A DNA stretch of 61,349 nucleotides, the filler included. It is 6 parts of 6 records of this genome, joined end to end, with 100 filler letters (N's around TTAATTAATTAA, not from the genome) between each part and the next. Parts side by side here need not be neighbours in the genome. Positions count along the whole stretch, not along the records: positions 14,923 to 35,835 come from SRR20825010_3801; 5 more parts are not named here. One strand, written 5' to 3'. The notes under the pieces were generated by a model. The model saw nothing but the letters and a program-made list of their open reading frames with translations. It made no database searches and was not told where the DNA came from. Positions 27,841 through 35,935 of the stretch are shown piece by piece (the first letter of the stretch is position 1; the number at the start of each line of letters is the position of its first letter). A program made the position numbers and the translations under genes.

Positions 27841-28430
27841 CCCCGGCGGGTGGGGTGTTGGTGGCTGGGCAGTGCCATCAACAGGACCCGACAGGGATCA
27901 GACGGGCCGTATCCTGATGCAGAAATAACCCCGTCATCCGGTGGAGTGCTGCCTCCAAGCTCTCCGCACTCGCGACCGGACCCAGCCCCGTTACCCCGCT
28001 TGAAGGCAGGGTCGGGGTTTTGGGGTGAAACAGCCGCATCGGGCGGCACGGCCTGAGTTTGGCCGACACGAGCAAAAAGAAAGGGCGGCAAGATGTGATT
28101 TTGATTGCCCTGATCATCCGGATTTTTGCCTGCCTGCGATTGCGGTCGGTGGAAATCTTCACCCCGGTCCATGAATTGGCCGGTTCCGACCCGCCAGCGG
28201 GTCACGCGGGTTGCCGTAACGCACCGAATTGGGCGGTGAATGTGCGCCAATCGGCAGAGAAAGGGCGATACGGATGGTGCCACATGACAGCTTGCCGACC
28301 GGCATCCCATCCGTAGGCGGCGTAACCCGCCGTCCATCCGGCTAGCGACCGGACTGCCACCCGAAAACCTTAACCCCGACCCCGGTTTGAAGACCGGGGC
28401 GGGGTCGCCGCAATAGAAGGCCGTGCGGCG
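27841..28430 (+). ncRNA. Candidate large structured non-coding RNA
   Basis: More than 12 adjacent stem-loops in the only long gap of the rightward operon; G:U pairs favour the + strand. Confidence 0.55.
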
Positions 28431-28510
28431 TTTGATGTGTCAAAACCTTGTTTTCCGCTTGGTGTGCTGCCCGGTCTTCGATCCATTTCTGTTCATGCGA
28501 GGGTGACGAC

Positions 28511-28903
28511 ATGACAAATCCCGTGACCGATATCGAATCAGCCGCCGCGCGCGGATCCGCGCCGCGCCCTGTGACCAGCCCGCTTGACCTGATCGGGCTG
28601 TTGCGGATTGCGGCAAGCAGGCATTCCGCCCAGCCGCCGCACGAAAAGGCATTGAATGTGCTGCGCACCGCAATCGACCGGCGGGCGGAATATATCAATG
28701 GCCGACATGCCTGCCGGGTTTCCGGTGCGGTGATATCCGTGCCCGCGATGGTTGATCTTGCCAATGCGGTTCTGGAAAAGGCCGGTCTGCATGATTTGCG
28801 GCTACCTTATCCCGGTGCCAAATTCTCGCTGGCGGAACATTGCCAGGCGGCAAATGACAACCGCCGCGCCCGGTCGTCATTCGATACGGTCGGGGGTGTG
28901 TGA
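28511..28903 (+). CDS. Hypothetical phage protein
   Basis: GAGGG upstream; coupled to the next gene. Confidence 0.7.
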   Translation: MTNPVTDIESAAARGSAPRPVTSPLDLIGLLRIAASRHSAQPPHEKALNVLRTAIDRRAEYINGRHACRVSGAVISVPAMVDLANAVLEKAGLHDLRLPYPGAKFSLAEHCQAANDNRRARSSFDTVGGV

Positions 28904-29574
28904 TGGTTGCGGAAAAGAAGCAGAAGCCCGCAAAGCAGAGTTTCGCGCAAGTGATGGAAATCACGCTGCGCGAAGCGGCCAATGAAAACCGCCCGGTACC
29001 GGATGTTGTCGACAACCTGATCACCGATCTGACGGTCGCGGGCTTTGCGGTGCGCCGGACTTACGAGCGCGTCGATTATCACCGGGATATCATCGTTCTG
29101 TATGAGCCGGGGCAGGCGGGCGTTTCCGGGGCCAGCCATCATGATGCGATGATGGTTCTGGAAGCGGGCAGCGCGGTCGATCTGCGCGGTGAACATGGCT
29201 GGCTGGTGGTGTGGTCCGAACAGGGGCGCAAGCGTTCCGCCTGGTTCGATGCCGAGGGCAAAAGCCCGATCCTGACCGATTACCGGGTGTCCAATCCGCG
29301 CACGCCGGTCGCCGGTGCGGTCGCGGAACTCAAGCGTGAGGTGGCGGGGCGCGCCAGCAAGGCCACCCGTTTCGGCCTCGACGAAACGCAGCCGGGGCAA
29401 CCGGACGATAATGCTGCCCGGTTGGGCGAAGAAATCGGCGATGTGCTGGTCATGATTGAACTGGTAAAGCGGCACTGCGGCGTAACGGATGCAAGCATAC
29501 AGGTCGGTCTTGAGCGCAAGCCGCGCCAGCTTCGCAAATATATGCAGCATATCCCAGAAGGGCTGGAACTGTGA
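28900..29574 (+). CDS. Protein with C-terminal MazG-like (NTP pyrophosphohydrolase) domain
   Basis: ASKATRFG...N.ARLGEEIGDVLVMIEL pattern; the first acidic motif looks eroded. Confidence 0.6.
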   Translation: MMVAEKKQKPAKQSFAQVMEITLREAANENRPVPDVVDNLITDLTVAGFAVRRTYERVDYHRDIIVLYEPGQAGVSGASHHDAMMVLEAGSAVDLRGEHGWLVVWSEQGRKRSAWFDAEGKSPILTDYRVSNPRTPVAGAVAELKREVAGRASKATRFGLDETQPGQPDDNAARLGEEIGDVLVMIELVKRHCGVTDASIQVGLERKPRQLRKYMQHIPEGLEL

Positions 29575-29968
29575 TGACGGTACATTTTGTCGATGAACTG
29601 ACTGCGCTATCGTTCGAAGAATTGCGGATGCTGAGATTGGCGGAAAATGTCGGTCATAAGCGTCTGCGGAACATCGCCGACGACATCGCGGATATCAATC
29701 CTAAAGCCTGCCTGCGCGCCAGCACCCCGCGTGTTGTTCTTTGTCATTGTGCCAAGTGTCGGGGGCTGTGATGTCCAGATATCCGATAGCCTTTAGTCCG
29801 CGTGTGCTGCATCTGTCCGGTGATTTTGGCAGGTGCATCCTGATGCCGGTCCTGTTCGGGCCGCTGCTGGATTTCTCGGCCCGTCCCGATTTCGCGCATG
29901 TCGCCACGGTGACGGTCAAATCAACAGGCGTTCGGATACTGTTGCTGCGCAGGATCGGGGGTTGGTGA
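29571..29968 (+). CDS. Two small coupled hypothetical ORFs (29571-29771, 29771-29968)
   Basis: Consecutive TGATG overlaps. Confidence 0.5.
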
Positions 29969-30306
29969 TGTGTGATTGTCCGAAGCATGTCCGGGTCGGG
30001 ACGTATGAGAATCAGGTGACGTTCGATGTGCCCGCCCATATGGCGGAGTATCGCGCCCGGCGGATTGCGGCGGGGCTTTCGGGCCTCATCTGCATTGACC
30101 GTTGCCTGGTCGATGAAGTGCTGGCGCTGTGGATGGCGGGTATTCGCACGAATGGATCGTGCTGCGGGCATAACCATGTGCCGCCGATCATCAGCGTGTT
30201 TCCCGAATATATCCCGGCCATGAAGGCGATGGGATACCAGGTGCAGTTCAACCCGTCCCGGCCCTATGCCGAGGATGGCTTTATTCCCAAGACTGTGAGG
30301 GCGTGA
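29968..30306 (+). CDS. Hypothetical phage protein with ID.C...T.GSCCGH motif
   Basis: TGATG-coupled start MCDCPK. Confidence 0.7.
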   Translation: MCDCPKHVRVGTYENQVTFDVPAHMAEYRARRIAAGLSGLICIDRCLVDEVLALWMAGIRTNGSCCGHNHVPPIISVFPEYIPAMKAMGYQVQFNPSRPYAEDGFIPKTVRA

Positions 30307-30311
30307 TGCTC

Positions 30312-30905
30312 TCACAGCGACGCGAGGTTTCCCGGCAGCCGGTTATTCTTGCCCAGTTCGGCTATCTCCTGACGGGATCCAATGACCTTGATCTGGATGC
30401 TGCTCGACACGTTGCCAAGGCCCTTGGTGATGGCGAAAAATCCACGATAGGCGGCGTCGGCTGCAAGGATATCAGACGAAAACGACTGGTTGCCAAGATA
30501 GCAGGCCAGTTCTTTCATGTGGATAACCGCTTTCTGGGCCGTGATGATGCCGGTTACAAAGGTTTCTGTCTCGGTTTCGTCGTCGGCATGGGTAAAAGTG
30601 AAGGCGGCATTTTGCACGGTCGGTTTTTGCTGCGGCGCAAGGGATGCCTCGACGCGTTGCGCTTCGCCGAACAGGTGTGTCGCAGCAATCAGCCAAGCGA
30701 TACCGGGGCTTTTACATCCATTGATCACGAGGCTTGGCGGGTTGGTCCAGACCAGCCTGCCGCCAGAGGCGGTTATGGCTTCTGGTGTGCAAACGGCGGC
30801 GGGATATGTGGTGTCGTCTGGCAGTTCGCTGTTTTCCTCGTGGTAGATTTCAATATCCATCGTGATCACGTTTCTATCCCCCGGTTGTGTGTGGATGGTG
30901 ATCAT
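30312..30905 (-). CDS. Hypothetical protein oriented against the operon (moron-like)
   Basis: 197-aa ORF with natural composition; start may be the Met at MDIEIY. Confidence 0.6.
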   Translation of the reverse strand: MITIHTQPGDRNVITMDIEIYHEENSELPDDTTYPAAVCTPEAITASGGRLVWTNPPSLVINGCKSPGIAWLIAATHLFGEAQRVEASLAPQQKPTVQNAAFTFTHADDETETETFVTGIITAQKAVIHMKELACYLGNQSFSSDILAADAAYRGFFAITKGLGNVSSSIQIKVIGSRQEIAELGKNNRLPGNLASL

Positions 30906-30932
30906 GCGCCGAAGGTTGCATGCACGTCAATA

Positions 30933-30961
30933 TTGACTATCGCGGGCAGGGGGCGTAAGGT
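30933..30961 (+). promoter_or_regulatory. Sigma70-type promoter for C4 cassette 2
   Basis: TTGACT-N17-TAAGGT. Confidence 0.7.
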
Positions 30962-31029
30962 AACGCCCATCGGTGGGAAAAATCCGCCGTGGGGGCCTTC
31001 AAACTCCCTGTTCAAGACGGTTAGCCGTC

Positions 31030-31160
31030 ACGTCAGTTACGGCTATTTTTGTGCCCGGAATCCGGGTGCATCTTCTCGCTTAGGGCGGGAGGGCGGTGAA
31101 TATAAGACCCTTCGGGGGAATAAACCCGCCTGCCTCTTGACAGGTTTGAAGCCTCCCGCC
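31030..31160 (+). ncRNA. C4-type antisense RNA, cassette 2
   Basis: Stem GGCGGGAGG 31084-31092/CCTCCCGCC 31152-31160; cUUCGg hairpin; seeds CCUCUUGA and GUUUGAAG complementary to 30997-31017 and to 31173-31179/31208-31215. Confidence 0.8.
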
Positions 31161-31223
31161 ACCAGCGCGGTCCTTCAAAGCTTCGTTGGTGGTCTGTTTA
31201 ACAGCCATCAAGAGGGCTTTGAC

Positions 31224-31988
31224 ATGACCAAGCATGAAACTGCGCGCGATCTGCCCGCGACGCTGACTTTCCAGAATACTCAAATTTCCATTATTGATCG
31301 TGGCGGTGTGCCTTGGGTGACCGGCCCTGATATTGCGCGGGCTTTAGGTTTTGCGGATCCGCGCAAGCTGTCGAACATGTTCAATCGACACAAGGACGAA
31401 TTTACCGATGATATGGCCCATGTCCTCAAATTGAGGACGGGGCGGCAGGCGGCTCCCGCCAGCGTCCGGATATTCAGTCCGCGCGGCGCGCAATTGATCG
31501 CCATGCTGGCCAAGACGCCACGGGCGAAGGATTTCCGGCGCTGGGTTCTCGATGTGCTGGAAGGGCTGGCACCCGCGCCCGGTAACATGGCCGATGATGC
31601 GGATCTGCGCCGCAAGATCGTGGCGGAGGTCACGCAGCAGGTTATGGCATCGATCACGCCGCATCTGCCGGTGGCTCCTGCGCCGCAGCCCGCCCTGCCA
31701 TTGGCGCGGGGTGATCTGCCGCGCCTGACCGAGGGGCAGGCCCTGTTTATGATCGAGGGGCGGCAGGTGATTGTCGATACCCGCGATGCGGAGCCAGAGC
31801 GCGGCGAGCGTGCGGTTGTGATCCGGGTCGAGGATGGCGCAGGCCCGATTGTGGTCACCATCCTGGGCGATCCGCCGATCAAAACATGGTTCGACCGCTG
31901 CAAGATTTATGATTCCGGCGTCAAATGGCTGATCCCCGTCGGGGTCGTCATCGGGCGCGTTGTTTGGGAGGGTGATTATCGTGGTTGA
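31224..31988 (+). CDS. Antirepressor-like protein 2 (Bro-N + shared C-terminal domain)
   Basis: LTFQN, PWVTGPDIARALGF, RHKDEF, RIFSPRGA, AKDFRRWVLDVL. Confidence 0.88.
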   Translation: MTKHETARDLPATLTFQNTQISIIDRGGVPWVTGPDIARALGFADPRKLSNMFNRHKDEFTDDMAHVLKLRTGRQAAPASVRIFSPRGAQLIAMLAKTPRAKDFRRWVLDVLEGLAPAPGNMADDADLRRKIVAEVTQQVMASITPHLPVAPAPQPALPLARGDLPRLTEGQALFMIEGRQVIVDTRDAEPERGERAVVIRVEDGAGPIVVTILGDPPIKTWFDRCKIYDSGVKWLIPVGVVIGRVVWEGDYRG

Positions 31989-32394
31989 TACTGCCAAAAA
32001 ATCAGAGTGCTGGGTATGTGATGGTGCGCCGCCAGCGATCTTTCGTGGCAAATGCGAAAAGCACGATGTCTGTGACCAATGCGGAACGCCGCGCGCGCAG
32101 CTTGCGGAAATCCCATGGGGAACGCATGGCGGGTTCCTTTGCCAGCCGTGCGACCGGAAAAACAAGGCGGAACTTATTGCCGGTTATGACAGCGATGACC
32201 ACGACGATAGCGAGTGGCGCGATTGTCTGAAATGCCCGAATTGCGGCAAAGAAAGCCACCCGGAAATGGAAGATTATCGGGGTGAGGGCGAGGAATACGA
32301 AACCAATTGCCCGCATTGCGATCTGCCGATGAAGGTCGTTACGACCTATACGGTTGAATGGTCAACAGCCAAGGCTGTGAAAGGGGGTGCGTGA
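31981..32394 (+). CDS. Multi-CxxC zinc-finger phage protein
   Basis: CWVC, CEKH, CDQC, CQPC, CPNC, CPHC. Confidence 0.75.
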   Translation: MVDTAKKSECWVCDGAPPAIFRGKCEKHDVCDQCGTPRAQLAEIPWGTHGGFLCQPCDRKNKAELIAGYDSDDHDDSEWRDCLKCPNCGKESHPEMEDYRGEGEEYETNCPHCDLPMKVVTTYTVEWSTAKAVKGGA

Positions 32395-32807
32395 TGCAAT
32401 CCAACGAGGAACTGGCCCGTTACATTGCGGATGCGACCGGATATCTCAAGGGGTCGTTTCGATATACCAAGGTATTCCTACGCGCCTGCCGGGTGCTTGA
32501 CGTGCTGAATGTCGGGCGGGAAATGGATAGTGCGCCCACGGATGGCACGACGATCCTGTTGCAAACGTCGGATTTCGGCTGGGTCGAAGGATTCTGGAAT
32601 GTCCATGTCGCCAATTTCTACAAGTCGCAAGCCTGTTGTGCCTGCTATGACCCGGACAACGCGCAGGGAGACTGGTGTGCGGTGATGCCGCTTAATCGCG
32701 AGGGTGGCGACCAGCGGCTTTATTGTGGTTTCACGCCGCAACGCTGGTTGCCATGCGCTGAAAAGTGGATCGATCCGGATTGGGCGTGGTCCGGGGATGG
32801 TGATTGA
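32394..32807 (+). CDS. Hypothetical phage protein (DUF551-like)
   Basis: MDSAPTDGTTILL...PQRWLP pattern. Confidence 0.6.
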   Translation: MQSNEELARYIADATGYLKGSFRYTKVFLRACRVLDVLNVGREMDSAPTDGTTILLQTSDFGWVEGFWNVHVANFYKSQACCACYDPDNAQGDWCAVMPLNREGGDQRLYCGFTPQRWLPCAEKWIDPDWAWSGDGD

Positions 32808-33973
32808 TGGCTGAAACCCTCAAACACACCCTTGCGGACATGGCTGATGCCATCAAGGCGCGGTATCGGCCGTCCGAGGTGGTGGAGCCGTTTGTAAAGC
32901 TGAAACGTCATGGGGTGGAGCGGGTCGGATTGTGCCCGTTCCACACCGAAAAATCGGGCAGCTTTACGGTCAATGACCGCAAGGGGATTATCCATTGTTT
33001 CGGGTGTGGCTGGTCGGGTGATCTGATCGGGTTTTATGCCGAAATCCGCAATATCAAGCCGGTCGAGGCGATCCGGATTCTGGCGGCCGACGCCGGGATC
33101 GATGACCCTGTGGCACGCGAAAGGCTCGCACGGCAATCGCGCGAACAGGCGGAACGTCGCGAACGGGAACAGGCCAAGGCCAAGCAAAGCGATGCGGTGA
33201 AATTGCGCAATATCTTTGCCGCCCGCACCCCGATGGTGGGCAGTGCCGTCGAAACCTACCTGCGGTCGCGCAAATGCTGGCCGGGGGTGGAAATCCCGAC
33301 AATCGGGTGCCTGAATGATTATCCTTACTGGCATGACGGCAAGATCATCGGGCGGTTTCCGGTGATGGTGGCGGTGATGCTGATGCCGGATCGCAGTTTT
33401 GCCGGGCTGCATATGACATATTTGCGGGCCGATGGCGGCGGCAAGGCGGAGGTCATCTGCCCGGATACGGGCGAGGTGTTGCCGTCCAAAAAGGTGCGCA
33501 CCGCGATCCCGCTTATCAGCGGGTGCGGCATTTACCTGACGCCATTGCGGGCGCATATAGGGGTGGCGGAGGGTATTGAAAATGCCCTGACATGGATGAT
33601 CCGGCGGCCTGAATGGGGGTTTGTTGCGGCGTATAGTCTTGACAATCTTGCCGGTCATGGCCTGGGCGAGGGGAAGCCAAGGCGCGATGTGCCAAAGCGG
33701 CGCTATCCCTCCAAGGAACCGGCCATGAGCCAGCCGGGATATCGTCCGCCATGGGGCGATGAAATGCTGGCATGGCGGGATGCGGAGGCGGTCCGCGACA
33801 TATCGGTTCTGGCCGATAATGACAGCAAGGATCCGATTGCCGCCCGGTGCCTGTTTGAGCGCGCACGGCGCAAATTTTCAAATATCGGATACCGGTCGCG
33901 GGTGATTTTCCCGCCTGCCGGAAAAGACTGGAATGACGTGATCAGGGGTGAAATGCATGAAAAAGAAGCTTGA
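32807..33973 (+). CDS. Phage DNA primase (CHC2 zinc finger + Toprim)
   Basis: GLCPFHTEKSGSF, HCFGCG, YLRSR, GLHMTYL, VAEGIENAL, LADND, GKDWND. Confidence 0.92.
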   Translation: MAETLKHTLADMADAIKARYRPSEVVEPFVKLKRHGVERVGLCPFHTEKSGSFTVNDRKGIIHCFGCGWSGDLIGFYAEIRNIKPVEAIRILAADAGIDDPVARERLARQSREQAERREREQAKAKQSDAVKLRNIFAARTPMVGSAVETYLRSRKCWPGVEIPTIGCLNDYPYWHDGKIIGRFPVMVAVMLMPDRSFAGLHMTYLRADGGGKAEVICPDTGEVLPSKKVRTAIPLISGCGIYLTPLRAHIGVAEGIENALTWMIRRPEWGFVAAYSLDNLAGHGLGEGKPRRDVPKRRYPSKEPAMSQPGYRPPWGDEMLAWRDAEAVRDISVLADNDSKDPIAARCLFERARRKFSNIGYRSRVIFPPAGKDWNDVIRGEMHEKEA

Positions 33974-35741
33974 TGCCGCGAACGAAAATGACGCATTCGA
34001 CCCGATTGACGATACCGATGCCGATACGCCGTTTATCGACCCGGATACGGATAATGCATCGATGCTGGCTGATGCCGGGCCGTGCCCGGTGCAGTGCCTG
34101 GGCCATAATGACGGGCGGTTTTATTTTGTCACGCCATCCGGGCAGTTGCGCGATCTGGTGGCGAAAAGCCTTGGCAACCGGCAGGAAATCACCGCCCTGA
34201 TGGAGCAAAAAGCCAAATGGGCCGGGCGGGCCTTTCCGAAGTTTAACAAGGATGGTGACTATGTCGGGCCGGATTATCCGCGCACCGGTGAATGGCTGAT
34301 CATGGAATGCGCCAAAAAGGGGATTTTCAGCCCGGACAAGGTGCGCGGGCTTGGCGTGTGGAAAGACGTGCGCGGCGGTTTGATCGTGCATTGCGGTGAC
34401 AAGCTGATGCTGTCAAGTGGGGCGAAATCGATTGATGCGGGTGCGGCCCTTGACGATGGCTGGGTCTATCCGGCACAGCCGCCCTTGCCCGCGCAGTTGC
34501 GCCCGGCGATGTTCGAACCGGCCAATACCGCCCAGATGAAGATGGTCTATGACCATATCAAAAGCTGGAACTTCCTTGAGCCTTCGGGGGCGCAAATCTG
34601 CCTTGGCATCATGGGCCTGATCTGTGTTTGCGGGGCGCTGGATCGTCGTCCGACGCTGTGGCTTACGGGTGATGCGGGCATGGGCAAGACGGAGTTGTTG
34701 AAGCTTCTGACGCAGCCGATTGGCGGGCTTGATTACACATTGCGGTCATCGGATGCATCGGCAGCGTGGGCGCGCGCCGCACTCAAGGGCGCGGCAAGGC
34801 CGATCTTCCTTGATGAAATGGAGCCGGGGCCACGCGCAGCGGCGGCAATGGAACTGGCAAGGCTTGGCTTTTCATCCGATCAGGCAGGCGTTGGCCGTGC
34901 CAGTGCCGATCAGAAAGCGATTTTGCAGCGCATCACCGCGCAGTTTGTCTTCGGATCGATCCTGCATCCCGAACCCAAACCGCAGGATCAGACCCGCATT
35001 CACTTTGTCGAAATGACCCGCCTGACGCCAAATGCGCAGCAGATCGCGGAATTCGAGGCGCGGGAAGCCGCCATTCGTGACCTTGGCCCGCGCATCTGGT
35101 CACGCATGATTTTGGGCTATTCCCGGTTTCTGTCGAACATGCTGGTCTATCGCGGGGTTCTGGGTGCGTCGTCCTATTCCCGGCGCATGACGGACAAGTT
35201 TGCGCCGGTTCTGGCGGCGGTCGAGACGCTTTTGCATGATGAAGTGATCGACCCGGCGGTTGCCGCCGATCAGCTTTCGGAATGGGGGCTTGATACGCCG
35301 GAGGTCAATGACAGCGAATCAGATGAATGCCTGAACCATCTGATGTCCTGTCAGGTGGATACTTGGCGCGGCGGGGATCGACCGACGGTCGGGCAGATGA
35401 TCGAGGATATTCTTGCCAGCATGAATGGCGCTGTCCACGAATACGATGATGGCAAGCGCATGGCCGAAAGGATACTGCCGGCCTATGGACTGCGGCTTGC
35501 CAAGGACAATGACAACGCGCCCGGTGAATTCAAGTGGCTTCTGGTGGCGAACAAGCACACGGCCCTTGCCAAGCTGTTCCGTGATACACGCTGGCAGGGT
35601 GGGGTGCACCGGCAGGCGCTATCGCGCATACCCGGCGCGATCAACGGGGATAAGTCCGGGCGATTTGGCGGGGGTATTTCACGTTTCGTCAAAATCCCGC
35701 TGGACATTCTCAAGGGGGGCGGTCAGGATGGTGATCCGTAA
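33957..35741 (+). CDS. Primase-associated P-loop ATPase/helicase
   Basis: Walker A GDAGMGKT, Walker B IFLDEME; overlaps the primase 3' end. Confidence 0.8.
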   Translation: MKKKLDAANENDAFDPIDDTDADTPFIDPDTDNASMLADAGPCPVQCLGHNDGRFYFVTPSGQLRDLVAKSLGNRQEITALMEQKAKWAGRAFPKFNKDGDYVGPDYPRTGEWLIMECAKKGIFSPDKVRGLGVWKDVRGGLIVHCGDKLMLSSGAKSIDAGAALDDGWVYPAQPPLPAQLRPAMFEPANTAQMKMVYDHIKSWNFLEPSGAQICLGIMGLICVCGALDRRPTLWLTGDAGMGKTELLKLLTQPIGGLDYTLRSSDASAAWARAALKGAARPIFLDEMEPGPRAAAAMELARLGFSSDQAGVGRASADQKAILQRITAQFVFGSILHPEPKPQDQTRIHFVEMTRLTPNAQQIAEFEAREAAIRDLGPRIWSRMILGYSRFLSNMLVYRGVLGASSYSRRMTDKFAPVLAAVETLLHDEVIDPAVAADQLSEWGLDTPEVNDSESDECLNHLMSCQVDTWRGGDRPTVGQMIEDILASMNGAVHEYDDGKRMAERILPAYGLRLAKDNDNAPGEFKWLLVANKHTALAKLFRDTRWQGGVHRQALSRIPGAINGDKSGRFGGGISRFVKIPLDILKGGGQDGDP

Positions 35742-35935
35742 TCCAACACCACCACCCCGCACCCCTGTGATTAAGCGGTGCTTCGCAATTGTTCATGCTG
35801 TGGCAGGGTCTGAATGGTGGAATGTAACGCTGTACNNNNNNNNNNNNNNNNNNNNNNNNNNNNNNNNNNNNNNNNNNNNTTAATTAATTAANNNNNNNNN
35901 NNNNNNNNNNNNNNNNNNNNNNNNNNNNNNNNNNN

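Larger units (their letters stand above)
14923..35835. mobile_element. Lambdoid prophage, left/early half (integration, immunity, replication); structural genes not in contig
   Basis: tRNA 3' end + integrase; leftward operon of overlapping small ORFs; divergent CI/Cro pair; antirepressors; methyltransferases; primase/helicase. Confidence 0.92.

Noticed and set aside
27850-28337. Short ORFs within the structured gap
   Set aside because: Pro/Gly/Arg-rich, non-ATG starts, no SD or coupling; better explained by high GC and stems
30303-31223. 561-aa ORF as a single long antirepressor
   Set aside because: The first ~200 codons are the antisense shadow of 30312-30905; an internal promoter, SD and Bro-N start at 31224 explain the real gene
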